DNA of 64,000 nt. Source: the human T2T-CHM13v2.0 reference genome, Homo sapiens. The stretch spans positions 28,448,001 through 28,512,000 of the forward strand of contig CP086569.2 in assembly GCA_009914755.4 (NCBI GenBank), written 5' to 3'. The notes under the pieces are model-generated. The model was not told the DNA's origin. It saw nothing but the letters and a program-made list of their open reading frames with translations, and searched no databases. Made by a program: the position numbers and the translations under genes. Of the stretch, positions 1 to 14,138 are shown piece after piece (the first letter of the stretch is position 1; each line of letters starts with the position of its first letter).

Positions 1-3000
1 GTAATGGACAGGCCTGGAATAAAGTGGAATGCTACGGTCTCGAATGGAATAAAAATGTATGGAATGGAATGCAATGAAACGGAATCGAATGTCATAGAAT
101 GTAATGGAATGCAAAAAAATGGAATCCAAAATCATTGACTGGAAAGGCTGGGTGTCGAAAGGAATTGACTCCAATGGAATGGAATCGAATGGAATGGAAG
201 TGAATAGAATCGAACTAAATCGAATGGAATGGAATTGATAGGAACGGAATGGAAAGGAATGCAATGATTTGGCATGGAATGGAATCGAAGGGCATCGAAT
301 GGAATGGAATGGAATGTATTAGAATGTAATGAACTTTAGTGGAATGTACTCGAATGGATTCGACTGGAATGGAATGTTCTGGAAGTGAATGGACTCCAAT
401 GGAATGGATTCAAAAGGAATGGAATCGTACGGAATGGAATCTAATGGAATGGAATTAAATGGAAATGAATCAAATTGAATAGCACGGAATGAATTGAATG
501 GAATCGAATACAATGGAATCTAATGAAACGGAGAGGAAAGGAATGGAATGGAATGGAATGGGCTGGAATGGAAAGGAATCGAAACGAATGGAATGGAATC
601 GAACTGAAGAGACTGGAATGGAATGCACTGGAATGGAAGGGAGTGTAACGGAAGGTTCTCGAAAAAAATGGAATCGAATGGAATGGAATTGAATGGAACG
701 GAATAGAGTCGAATGGAATTGAATGGAATGGAATGGACTAGAGTGAAATGGAATCGAATCACAAGGAATGTACAGGAATAGAATGGTCTCGAATTGAATG
801 GAATCGTATGGAATGGCATCAAACGGAATGGAATGGACAGCCACGGAATGGAATGCACTCGAATGCAATGGAGTCGAAACTAATGGACTGGAATAGAATG
901 GACTCGACTGGTACGGAATCCAATGGAATGGAATCGAATGGAAGGGAATCGAACGGAATGGACTCGAAGGGAAAAGACTGCAATGGAAAGGTCTCGAATG
1001 GAATGGAAATTAATGGAATGGAATGGAATCGAATGAAAAGGAGTCAAAAGGAATGGAATCGAATGGCAAGAAATCGAATGTAATGGAATCGCAAGGAATT
1101 GATGTGAACGGAACGGAATGGAATGGAATCCAAAGGAATGGAATAGAATGGAATGGAATCGAATGGAAAGGACTCGAATGGAAATCACTCGAATAGAATG
1201 CAATTTAATAAAATAGGATCAAATGGAATGGAATGGAATGGAAAGGAATCGAAACGAAAGGAATGGAGACAGATGGAATGGAATGGAACAGAGAGCAATG
1301 GTATAGAATGGAATGGAATCATGTGGAATGGAATTGAATGGAATGGAATAATATGAAATGGAATGGAATGGAATGGAATGCCCTTGAATTAAATGGACTG
1401 GAATGGAATGTACTTAAACAGAGTGGAATGGAAAGTGTTGAGATAGAATGGAATGGACTCGTTTGGAATGGTCTAGTATGCAATGCAATCGACTGGCAGG
1501 GAATCAAAAGGAATGTAATCGAATGGATTGGACTGGAATGCAATGGACTCGAATAGATTGGAAACGGAATGCAAAGGAATGGAATGGAATAGTATGGAAT
1601 GGAATGGAAAGGAATGGAGTGGAATAGACTAGAGTGGAATGGAATGGACTCGAAAGCAATGGACTGGAATGGAACTTTCTTGAATGGACTGGAATCAAAC
1701 GGAATGGAATGCAATGCAATCAAATGGCATGGAATAAAATAGAATGAAAGAGAATCAAATGGAATTGAATCGAATGGAATCGAATGGATTGGAAAGGAAT
1801 AGAATGGAATGGAATGGAATTGACTCAAATGGAATGGACTAGAATGGAATGGATTCGAATGGAAGGCAAAGGAATGGAATCTATTGGAATGGACTGCAAT
1901 GGAATGGAATGGAAGGGATTGGAATGGACTCGAATGGAATGGACTGCCATAGAAAGGATTGGAATGGAATGAAAAAGAATTGAATGGAATAGAACAGAAT
2001 GGAATCAAATCGAATGAAATGGAATGGAATAGAAAGGAATGGAATGAAATGGAATGGAAAGGATTCGAATGGAATGCAATCGAATGGAATGGAATCGAAC
2101 GGAATGGAATAAAATGGAAGCAAACTGGCAAGAAATGGAATCGAAATGAATGGAGTGTTATGGAACGGACTCAAAAGGAATTGAATGTAATAGAATGGAG
2201 TGGAGTGGACTCGAATATAATGGACTGGAATGGAATGAAATCACATGGAATGGGAACGAATGGAATGGAATGGAAAGGAATGGAATCGAATGGAAAGGAA
2301 TCGAATGGAAGGGAATGAAATTGAATCAACAGGAATGGAAGGGAATAGAATAGACGGTAATGGAATGGACTCGAATAGAATGGACACGAATGCTCAAATT
2401 GAATGGACTCGAATGGAATGGAAACGAAAGGAATGTCATCGAATGGAATTGAATCGATTGGAATGAAATCGCATAGAATGGAGTGGAATCAAATGGAATT
2501 GAATCGAAAGGAAAGGAAGCGAATGGACTGAAATGAAATGGAATGGAATTGAATGGAAAGTAATGCAATGGAATAGAATGGAACGAAATTTCACGGAATG
2601 GAATCAAACTGAATGGAATCAAATCAATGGAATATAATCAAATGGAATGGAAAGGAATTGAATGGAGTAGATGGGATTGGATGGGATTGGAATGAAATGT
2701 ACTGGAAAGGACTCGAATTTTATGAAACGGAATGGAAAGAATTGGAACGGAATGGACTCGAATGGAATGGAATGTCATGGAATGGCATCAAATGGAATGG
2801 CATCAAATGGAATGGAATCGAATGCAATGGAATGCTATGGAATGGAACGGAATGCATTGGAATGGAATGTCCTCTAATGGAAAGAATTCGAGTGGAATGG
2901 ATTCGAATATAATGGAGTCGAATGAAATGGAATTGAAAGGAATGGGATCGAATACAATGGAATATACTGGAATGTAATGTAATGAACTCGAATGTAATTG

Positions 3001-3148
3001 ACTGGAATGGAATGTACATGAATGGAATGTAATCGAATGGAAAGTAATCCAATGGAATAGAATCTAATGCAATAAAATCTACTCAGATAGAGTAGAATGT
3101 AATGGAATGGAGTGCAGTGCAGTGGAATGGAATGGAATGGAATGCAAT

Positions 3149-3188
3149 GGAATGGAATGGAATGGAATGGAATGGAATGGAATGGAAT
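3149..3188 (+). repeat. Pure (GGAAT)8 microsatellite-like tract inside U0
   Basis: Direct count of perfect ggaat pentamers between 'gcaat' and 'gggat'. The homologous tract has 9 copies in U4 and 3 copies in U14. Confidence 0.8.
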
Positions 3189-3510
3189 GGGATGGAATGG
3201 TATGGAATGGATAGTAATGGACTGGAGTGAAATGGACTGGAAAGGAATGGACTCAAATTGAAAGGGCTCCAAAGGAATGGAGTCAAATGGAATGGTCTGG
3301 AATGGAGTGAACACGAATGTAATGCAATCCAATAGAATGGAATCGAATGGCATGGAATATAAAGAAATGGAATCGAAGAGAATGGAAACAAACGGAAAGG
3401 AATTGAATGGAATGGAATTGAATGGAATGGGAACGAATGGAGTGAAATTGTATGCAGTAGAAGAGAATAGAATGGAATGCAAGCGAAAGGAAAGGAATGG
3501 TTTGGAATGG

Positions 3511-3550
3511 AATGGAATTCATTGGAATGGAATGGAATTCATTGGAATGG
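3511..3550 (+). repeat. 20-bp tandem duplication 'aatggaattcattggaatgg' x2, which doubles the EcoRI site
   Basis: Two perfect adjacent copies. Single copy in 14 other units. Also present at 24717-24756, 35296-35335 and 38875-38914. Confidence 0.85.
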
Positions 3551-3563
3551 AAGGGAATGTAGT

Positions 3564-6500
3564 GTAATGGACAGGCCTGGAATAAAGTGGAATGCTACGG
3601 TCTCGAATGGAATAAAAATGTATGGAATGGAATGCAATGAAACGGAATCGAATGTCATAGAATGTAATGGAATGCAAAAAAATGGAATCCAAAATCATTG
3701 ACTGGAAAGGCTGGGTTTCGAAAGGAATTGACTCCAATGGAATGGAATCGAATGGAATGGAAGTGAATAGAATCGAACTAAATCGAATGGAATGGAATTG
3801 GTAAGAACGGAATGGAAAGGAATGAAATGATTTGGCATGGAATGGAATCGAATGGCATCGAATGGAATGGAATGGAATGCAATGCAATGGAATGTATTAG
3901 AATGTAATGAACTTTAATGGAATGTACTCGAATGGATTCGACTGGAATGGAATGTTCTGGAAGTGAATGCACTCCAATGGAATAGATTCAAAAGGAATGG
4001 AATCGTACGGAATGGAATCTAATGGAATGCAATTAAATGGAAATGAATCAAATTGAATAGCACGGAATTGAATTGAATGGAATCGAATGCAATGGAATCT
4101 AATAAAACGGAAAGGAAAGGAATGGAATGGAATGGAATGGGCTGGAATGGAAAGGAATCGAAACGAATGGAATGGACTCGAACTGAAGAGACTGGAATGG
4201 AATGCACTGGAATGGAAGGGAGTGTAATGGAAGGTTCTCGAAAAAAATGGAATCGAATGGAATGGAATTGAATGGAACGGAATAGAGTCGAATGGAATTG
4301 AATGGAATGGAATGGACTAGAGTGAAATGGAATCGAACCACAAGGAATGGACAGGAATAGAATGGTCTCGAATTGAATGGAATCGTATGGAATGGCATCA
4401 AACCGAATGGAATGGACAGCCACGGAATGGAATGCACTCGAATGCAATGGAGTCGAAACTAATGGACTGGAATAGAATGGACTCGACTGGTACGGACTCC
4501 AATGGAATGGAATCGAATGGAAGGGAATCGAACGGAATGGACTCGAAGGGAAAAGACTGCAATGGAAAGGTCTCGAATGGAATGGAAATTAATGGAATGG
4601 AATGGAATCGAATGAAATGGAGTCAAAAGGAATGGAATCGAATGGCAAGAAATCGAATGTAATGGAATCGCAAGGAATGGATGTGAACGGAACGGAATGG
4701 AATGGAATCCAAAGGAATGGAATAGAATGGAATGGAATCGAATGGAAAGGACTCGAATGGAAATCACTCGAATAGAATGCAATTTAATAAAATAGGATGA
4801 AATGTAATGGAATGGAATGGAAAGGAATCGAAACGAAAGGAATGGAGACAGATGGAATGGAATGGAACAGAGAGCAATGGTATAGAATGGAATGGAATCA
4901 TCTGAAATGGAATTGAATGGAATGGAATAATATGAAATGGAATGGAATGGAATGGAATGCCCTTGAATTAAATGGACTGGAATGGAATGGACTCGAACAG
5001 AGTGGAATGGAAAGTGTTGAGATAGAATGGAATGGACTCGTTTGGAATGGTCTAGTATGCAATGCAATCGACTGGCAGGGAATCAAAAGGAATGTAATCG
5101 AATGGATTGGACTGGAATGCAATGGACTCGAATAGATTGGAAACGGAATGCAAAGGAATGGAATGGAATAGTATGGAATGGAATGGAAAGTAATGGAGTG
5201 GAATAGACTAGAGTGGAATGGAATGGACTCGAAAGCAATGGACTGGAATGGAACTTTCTTGAATGGACTGGAATCAAACGGAATGGAATGCAATGCAATC
5301 AAATGGCATGGAATAACATAGAATGAAAGAGAATCAAATGGAATTGAATCGAATGGAATCGAATGGATTGGAAAGGAATAGAATGGAATGGAATGGAATT
5401 GACTCAAATGGAATGGACTAGAATGGAATGGATTCGAATGGAAGGCAAAGGAATGGAATCTATTGGAATGGACTGCAATGGAATGGAATGGAAGGGATTG
5501 GAATGGACTCGAATGGAATGGACTGCCATAGAAAGGATTGGAATGGAATGAAAAAGAATTGAATGGAATAGAACAGAATGGAATCAAATCGAATGAAATG
5601 GAATGGAATAGAAAGGAATGGAATGAAATGGATTGGAAAGGATTCGAATGGAATGCAATCGAATGGAATGGAATCGAACGGAATGGAATAAAATGGAAGC
5701 AAACTGGCAAGAAATGGAATCGAAATGAATGGAGTGTTATGGAACGGACTCAAAAGGAATTGAATGTAATAGAATGGAGTGGAGTGGACTCGAATATAAT
5801 GGACTGGAATGGAATGAAATCACATGGAATGGGAACGAATGGAATGGAATGGAAAGGAATGGAATCGAATGGAAAGGAATCGAATGGAAGGGAATGAAAT
5901 TGAATCAACAGGAATGGAAGGGAATAGAATAGACGGTAATGGAATGGACTCGAATAGAATGGACACGAATGCTCAAATTGAATGGACTCGAATGGAATGG
6001 AAACGAAAGGAATGTCATCGAATGGAATTGAATCGATTGGAATGAAATCGCATAGAATGGAGTGGAATCAAATGGAATTGAATCGAAAGGAAAGGAAGCG
6101 AATGGACTGAAATGAAATGGAATGGAATTGAATGGAAAGTAATGCAATGGAATAGAATGGAACGAAATTTCACGGAATGGAATCAAACTGAATGGAATCA
6201 AATCAATGGAATATAATCAAATGGAATGGAAAGGAATTGAATGGAGTAGATGGGATTGGATGGGATTGGAATGAAATGTACTGGAAAGGACTCGAATTTT
6301 ATGAAACGGAATGGAAAGAATTGGAAAGGAATGGACTCGAATGGAATGGAATGTCATGGAATGGCATCAAATGGAATGGCATCAAATGGAATGGAATCGA
6401 ATGCAATGGAATGCTATGGAATGGAACGGAATGCATTGGAATGGAATGTCCTCTAATGGAAAGGATTCGAGTGGAATGGAATCGAATATAATGGAGTCGA

Positions 6501-7117
6501 ATGAAATGGAATTGAAAGGAATGGGATCGAATACAATGGAATATACTGGAATGTAATGTAATGAACTCGAATGTAATTGACTGGAATGGAATGTACATGA
6601 ATGGAATGTAATCGAATGGAAAGTAATCCAATGGAATAGAATCTAATGCAATAAAATCTACTCAGATAGAGTAGAATGTATTGGAATGGAGTGCAGTGCA
6701 GTGGAATGGAATGGAATGCAATGGAATGGAATGGAATGGAATGGAATGGAATGGAATGGAATGGGATGGAATGGTATGGAATGGATAGTAATGGACTGGA
6801 GTGAAATGGACTGGAAAGGAATGGACTCAAATTGAAAGGGCTCGAAAGGAATGGAGTCAAATGGAATGGTCTGGAATGGAATGAACACGAATGTAATGCA
6901 ATCCAATAGAATGGAATCGAATGGCATGGAATATAAAGAAATGGAATCGAAGAGAATGGAAACAAACGGAATGGAATTGAATGGAATGGAATTGAATGGA
7001 ATGGGAACGAATGGAGTGAAATTGTATGCAGTAGAAGAGAATAGAATGGAATGCAAGCGAAAGGAAAGGAATGGATTGGAATGGAATGGAATTCATTGGA
7101 ATGGAAGGGAATGTAGT
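3564..7117 (+). repeat. HOR unit U1 (3554 bp). Front-end haplotype alpha (gggtttcg, ggtaagaacgg). Long 'gaatggcatcg...aatgcaatgcaatgg...tttaatgg' variant.
   Basis: Landmark at 3564. Variant strings at about 3712, 3795 and 3840-3900. Confidence 0.85.
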
Positions 7118-10100
7118 GTAATGGACAGGCCTGGAATAAAGTGGAATGCTACGGTCTCGAATGGAATAAAAATGTATGGAATGGAATGCAATGAAACGGA
7201 ATCGAATGTCATAGAATGTAATGGAATGCAAAAAAATGGAATCCAAAATCATTGACTGGAAAGGCTGGGTGTCGAAAGGAATTGACTCCAATGGAATGGA
7301 ATCGAATGGAATGGAAGTGAATAGAATCGAACTAAATCGAATGGAATGGAATTGATAGGAACGGAATGGAAAGGAATGCAATGATTTGGCATGGAATGGA
7401 ATCGAAGGGCATCGAATGGAATGGAATGGAATGTATTAGAATGTAATGAACTTTAGTGGAATGTACTCGAATGGATTCGACTGGAATGGAATGTTCTGGA
7501 AGTGAATGGACTCCAATGGAATGGATTCAAAAGGAATGGAATCGTACGGAATGGAATCTAATGGAATGGAATTAAATGGAAATGAATCAAATTGAATAGC
7601 ACGGAATGAATTGAATGGAATCGAATGCAATGGAATCTAATGAAACGGAAAGGAAAGGAATGGAATGGAATGGAATGGGCTGGAATGGAAAGGAATCGAA
7701 ACGAATGGAATGGAATCGAACTGAAGAGACTGGAATGGAATGCACTGGAATGGAAGGGAGTGTAATGGAAGGTTCTCGAAAAAAATGGAATCGAATGGAA
7801 TGGAATTGAATGGAACGGAATAGAGTCGAATGGAATTGAATGGAATGGAATGGACTAGAGTGAAATGGAATCGAATCACAAGGAATGGACAGGAATAGAA
7901 TGGTCTCGAATTGAATGGAATCGTATGGAATGGCATCAAACGGAATGGAATGGACAGCCACGGAATGGAATGCACTCGAATGCAATGGAGTCGAAACTAA
8001 TGGACTGGAATAGAATGCCCTCGACTGGTACGGACTCCAATGGAATGGAATCGAATGGAAGGGAATCGAACGGAATGGACTCGAAGGGAAAAGACTGCAA
8101 TGGAAATGTCTCGAATGGAATGGAAATTAATGGAATGGAATGGAATCGAATGAAATGGAGTCAAAAGGAATGGAATCGAATGGCAAGAAATCGAATGTAA
8201 TGGAATCGCAAGGAATTGATGTGAACGGAACGGAATGGAATGGAATCCAAAGGAATGGAATAGAATGTAATGGAATCGAATGGAAAGGACTCGAATGGAA
8301 ATCATTCGAATAGAATTCAATTTAATAAAATAGGATGAAATGTAATGGAATGGAATGGAAAGGAATCGAAACGAAAGGAATGGAGACAGATGGAATGGAA
8401 TGGAACAGAGAGCAATGGTATAGAATGGAATGGAATCATCTGGAATGGAATTGAATGGAATGGAATAATATGAAATGGAATCGAATGGAATGGAATGCCC
8501 TTGAATTAAATGGACTGGAATGGAATGTACTTAAACAGAGTGGAATGGAAAGTGTTGAGATAGAATGGAATGGACTCCTTTGGAATGGTCTAGTATGCAA
8601 TGCAATCGACTGGCAGGGAATCAAAAGGAATGTAATCGAATGGATTGGACTGGAATGCAATGGACTCGAATAGATTGGAAACGGAATGCAAAGGAATGGA
8701 ATGGAATAGTATGGAATGGAATGGAAAGGAATGGAGTGGAATAGACTAGAGTGGAATGGAATGGACTCGAAAGCTATGGACTGGAATGGAACTTTCTTGA
8801 ATGGACTGGAATCAAACGGAATGGAATGCAATGCAATCAAATGGCATGGAATAAAATAGAATGAAAGAGAATCAAATGGAATTGAATCGAATGGAATCGA
8901 ATGGATTGGAAAGGAATAGAATGGAATGGAATGGAATTGACTCAAATGGAATGGACTAGAATGGAATGGATTCGAATGGAAGGCAAAGGAATGGAATCTA
9001 TTGGAATGGACTGCAATGGAATGGAATGGAAGGGATTGGAATGGACTCGAATGGAATGGACTGCCATAGAAAGGATTGGAATGGAATGAAAAAGAATTGA
9101 ATGGAATAGAACAGAATGGAATCAAATCGAATGAAATGGAATGGAATAGAAAGGAATGGAATGAAATGGAATGGAAAGGATTCGAATGGAATGCAATCGA
9201 ATGGAATGGAATCGAACGGAATGGAATAAAATGGAAGCAAACTGGCAAGAAATGGAATCGAAATGAATGGAGTGTTATGGAACGGACTCAAAAGGAATTG
9301 AATGTAATAGAATGGAGTGGAGTGGACTCGAATATAATGGACTGGAATGGAATGAAATCACATGGAATGGGAACGAATGGAATGGAATGGAAAGGAATGG
9401 AATCGAATGGAAAGGAATCGAATGGAAGGGAATGAAATTGAATCAACAGGAATGGAAGGGAATAGAATAGACGGTAATGGAATGGACTCGAATAGAATGG
9501 ACACGAATGCTCAAATTGAATGGACTCGAATGGAATGGAAACGAAAGGAATGTCATCGAATGGAATTGAATCGATTGGAATGAAATCGCATAGAATGGAG
9601 TGGAATCAAATGGAATTGAATCGAAAGGAAAGGAAGCGAATGGACTGAAATGAAATGGAATGGAATTGAATGGAAAGTAATGCAATGGAATAGAATGGAA
9701 CGAAATTTCACGGAATGGAATCAAACTGAATGGAATCAAATCAATGGAATATAATCAAATGGAATGGAAAGGAATTGAATGGAGTAGATGGGATTGGATG
9801 GGATTGGAATGAAATGTACTGGAAAGGACTCGAATTTTATGAAACGGAATGGAAAGAATTGGAAAGGAATGGACTCGAATGGAATGGAATGTCATGGAAT
9901 GGCATCAAATGGAATGGCATCAAATGGAATGGAATCGAATGCAATGGAATGCTATGGAATGGAACGGAATGCATTGGAATGGAATGTCCTCTAATGGAAA
10001 GGATTCGAGTGGAATGGAATCGAATATAATGGAGTCGAATGAAATGGAATTGAAAGGAATGGGATCGAATACAATGGAATATACTGGAATGTAATGTAAT

Positions 10101-10650
10101 GAACTCGAATGTAATTGACTGGAATGGAATGTACATGAATGGAATGTAATCGAATGGAAAGTAATCCAATGGAATAGAATCTAATGCAATAAAATCGACT
10201 CAGATAGAGTAGAATGTAATGGAATGGAGTGCAGTGCAGTGGAATGGAATGGAATGCAATGGAATGGAATGGAATGGAATGGAATGGAATGGAATGGGAT
10301 TGAATGGTATGGAATGGATAGTAATGGACTGGAGTGAAATGGACTGGAAAGGAATGGACTCAAATTGAAAGGGCTCGAAAGGAATGGAGTCAAATGGAAT
10401 GGTCTGGAATGGAATGAACACGAATGTAATGCAATCCAATAGAATGGAATCGAATGGCATGGAATATAAAGAAATGGAATCGAAGAGAATGGAAACAAAC
10501 GGAATGGAATTGAATGGAATGGAATTGAATGGAATGGGAACGAATGGAGTGAAATTGTATGCAGTAGAAGAGAATAGAATGGAATGCAAGCGAAAGGAAA
10601 GGAATGGATTGGAATGGAATGGAATTCATTGGAATGGAAGGGAATGTAGT
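7118..10650 (+). repeat. HOR unit U2 (3533 bp). Haplotype beta, short variant.
   Basis: Landmark at 7118. 'gggtgtcg' at about 7268. 'cgaagggcatcg' at about 7400. Confidence 0.85.
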
Positions 10651-13600
10651 GTAATGGACAGGCCTGGAATAAAGTGGAATGCTACGGTCTCGAATGGAAT
10701 AAAAATGTATGGAATGGAATGCAATGAAACGGAATCGAATGTCATAGAATGTAATGGAATGCAAAAAAATGGAATCCAAAATCATTGACTGGAAAGGCTG
10801 GGTGTCGAAAGGAATTGACTCCAATGGAATGGAATCGAATGGAATGGAAGTGAATAGAATCGAACTAAATCGAATGGAATGGAATTGATAGGAACGGAAT
10901 GGAAAGGAATGCAATGATTTGGCATGGAATGGAATCGAAGGGCATCGAATGGAATGGAATGGAATGTATTAGAATGTAATGAACTTTAGTGGAATGTACT
11001 CGAATGGATTCGACTGGAATGGAATGTTCTGGAAGTGAATGGACTCCAATGGAATGGATTGAAAAGGAATGGAATCGTACGGAATGGAATCTAATGGAAT
11101 GGAATTAAATGGAAATGAATCAAATTGAATAGCACGGAATTGAATTGAATGGAATCGAATGCAATGGAATCTAATGAAACGGAAAGGAAAGGAATGTAAT
11201 GGAATGGAATGGGCTGGAATGGAAAGGAATCGAAACGAATGGAATGGAATCGAACTGAGGAGACTGGAATGGAATGCACTGGAATGGAAGGGAGTGTAAT
11301 GGAAGTTTCTCGAAAAAAATGGAATCGAATGGAATGGAATTGAATGGAACGGAATAGAGTCGAATGGAATTGAATGGAATGGAATGGACTAGAGTGAAGC
11401 GGAATCGAACCACAAGGAATGGACAGGAATAGAATGGTCTCGAATTGAATGGAATCGTATGGAATGGCATCAAACGGAATGGAATGGACAGCCACGGAAT
11501 GGAATGCACTCGAATGCAATGGAGTCGAAACTAATGGACTGGAATAGAATGGACTCGACTGGTACGGACTCCAATGGAATGGAATCGAATGGAAGGGAAT
11601 CGAACGGAATGGACTCGAAGGGAAAAGACTGCAATGGAAAGGTCTCGAATGGAATGGAAATTAATGGAATGGAATGGAATCGAATGAAATGGAGTCAAAA
11701 GGAATGGAATCGAATGGCAAGAAATCGAATGTAATGGAATCGCAAGGAATGGATGTGAACGGAACGGATAGGAATGGAATCCAAAGGAATGGAATAGAAT
11801 GGAATGGAATCGAATGGAAAGGACTCGAATGGAAATCACTCGAATAGAATGCAATTTAATAAAATAGGATGAAATGTAATGGAATGGAATGGAAAGGAAT
11901 CGAAACGAAAGGAATGGAGACAGATGGAATGGAATGGAACAGAGAGCAATGGTATAGAATGGAATGGAATCATCTGAAATGGAATTGAATGCAATGGAAT
12001 AATATGAAATGGAATGGAATGGAATGGAATGCCCTTGAATTAAATGGACTGGAATGGAATGGACTCGAACAGAGTGGAATGGAAAGTGTTGAGATAGAAT
12101 GGAATGGACTCGTTTGGAATGGTCTAGTATGCAATGCAATCGACTGGCAGGGAATCAAAAGCAATGTAATCGAATGGATTGGACTGGAATGCAATGGACT
12201 CGAATAGATTTGAAACGGAATGCAAAGGAATGGAATGGAATACTATGGAATGGAATGGAAAGGAATGGAGTGGAATAGACTAGAGTGGAATGGAATGGAC
12301 TCGAAAGCAATGGACTGGAAATGGAACTTTCTTGAATGGACTGGAATCAGAGAATCAAATGGAATTGAATCGAATGGAATCGAATGGATTGGAAAGGAAT
12401 AGAATGGAATGGAATGGAATTGACTCAAATGGAATGGACTAGAATGGAATGGATTCGAATGGAAGGCAAAGGAATGGAATCTATTGGAATGGACTGCAAT
12501 GGAATGGAATGGAAGGGATTGGAATGGACTCGAATGGAATGGACTGCCATAGAAAGGATTCGAATGGAATGAAAAAGAATTGAATGGAATAGAACAGAAT
12601 GGAATCAAATCGAATGAAATGGAGTGGAATAGAAAGGAATGGAATGAAATGGAATGGAAAGGATTCGAATGGAATGCAATCGAATGGAATGGAATCGAAC
12701 GGAATGGAATAAAATGGAAGCAAACTGGCAAGAAATGGAATCGAAATGAATGGAGTGTTATGGAACGGACTCAAAAGGAATTGAATGTAATAGAATGGAG
12801 TGGAGTGGACTCGAATATAATGGACTGGAATGGAATGAAATCACATGGAATGGGAACGAATGGAATGGAATGGAAAGGAATGGAATCGAATGGAAAGGAA
12901 TCGAATGGAAGGGAATGAAATTGAATCAACAGGAATGGAAGGGAATAGAATAGACGGTAATGGAATGGACTCGAATAGAATGGACACGAATGGTCAAATT
13001 GAATGGACTCGAATGAAATGGAAACGAAAGGAATGTCATCGAATGGAATTGAATCGATTGGAATGAAATCGCATAGAATGGAGTGGAATCAAATGGAATT
13101 GAATCGAAAGGAAAGGAAGCGAATGGACTGAAATGAAATGGAATGGAATTGAATGGAAAGTAATGCAATGGAATAGAATGGAACGAAATTTCACGGAATG
13201 GAATCAAACTGAATGGAATCAAATCAATGGAATATAATCAAATGGAATGGAAAGGAATTGAATGGAGTAGATGGGATTGGATGGGATTGGAATGAAATGT
13301 ACTGGAAAGGACTCGAATTTTATGAAACGGAATGGAAAGAATTGGAACGGAATGGACTCGAATGGAATGGAATGTCATGGAATGGCATCAAATGGAATGG
13401 CATCAAATGGAATGGAATCGAATGCAATGGAATGCTATGGAATGGAACGGAATGCATTGGAATGGAATGTCCTCTAATGGAAAGGATTCGAGTGGAATGG
13501 AATCGAATATAATGGAGTCGAATGAAATGGAATTGAAAGGAATGGGATCGAATACAATGGAATATACTGGAATGTAATGTAATGAACTCGAATGTAATTG

Positions 13601-14138
13601 ACTGGAATGGAATGTACATGAATGGAATGTAATCGAATGGAAAGTAATCCAATGGAATAGAATCTAATGCAATAAAATCTACTCAGATAGAGTAGAATGT
13701 AATGGAATGGAGTGCAGTGCAGTGGAATGGAATGGAATGGAATGCAATGGAATGGAATGGAATGGAATGGAATGGAATGGAATGGGATGGAATGGTATGG
13801 AATGGATAGTAATGGACTGGAGTGAAATGGACTGGAAAGGAATGGACTCAAATTGAAAGGGCTCGAAAGGAATGGAGTCAAATGGAATGGTCTGGAATGG
13901 AATGAACACGAATGTAATGCAATCCAATAGAATGGAATCGAATGGCATGGAATATAAAGAAATGGAATCGAAGAGAATGGAAACAAACGGAATGGAATTG
14001 AATGGAATGGAATTAAATGGAATGGGAACGAATGGAGTGAAATTGTATGCAGTAGAAGAGAATAGAATGGAATGCAAGCGAAAGGAAAGGAATGGATTGG
14101 AATGGAATGGAATTCATTGGAATGGAAGGGAATGTAGT
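10651..14138 (+). repeat. HOR unit U3 (3488 bp). Haplotype beta, short variant, carries the roughly 52-bp mid-unit deletion (subtype B).
   Basis: Landmark at 10651. Deletion junction 'ggaatcagagaatcaaatgg' at 12344-12362. Confidence 0.85.
12344..12362 (+). other. Subtype B deletion junction (about 52 bp missing relative to full-length units). Representative of six units.
   Basis: The full-length sequence 'ctggaatcaaacggaatggaatgcaatgcaatcaaatggcatggaataaaatagaatgaaagagaatcaaatgg' (for example 1690-1765) is replaced by 'ctggaatcagagaatcaaatgg'. The same junction occurs at 15846-15865, 26482-26501, 29995-30014, 40635-40654 and 44127-44146. Each carries a linked 1-bp insertion 'ctggaaatggaac'. 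Confidence 0.85.

Larger units (their letters stand above)
1..3563 (+). repeat. HOR unit U0 (3563 bp). Front-end haplotype beta (gggtgtcg, gataggaacgg). Short 'gaagggcatcg...tttagtgg' variant. No mid-unit deletion. 20-bp tandem duplication at the unit end.
   Basis: Landmark-to-landmark delimitation. HaeIII GGCC at 11-14. Confidence 0.85.

Noticed and set aside
1-17. Window begins exactly at a HOR unit landmark
   Set aside because: The unit boundary is my own arbitrary landmark choice. The coincidence carries no biological meaning.
1553-1570. CENP-B-box-like string 'agattggaaacggaatgc', recurring once per unit
   Set aside because: It lacks the essential TTCG...CGGG core positions of the 17-bp CENP-B box of alpha satellite. 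The similarity is limited to TTGGAAACGG. This is HSat3, not alpha satellite.
3712-3726. Searched for the diverged 10-mer often quoted for classical HSat3. It is CAACCCGAGT on the ATTCC strand, which would read 'actcgggttg' here.
   Set aside because: Not found. The closest recurring strings are 'ctgggtttcgaaagg' and 'actcgaatgg'. Absence is compatible with a DYZ1-type HSat3 subfamily, and I do not treat it as evidence either way.
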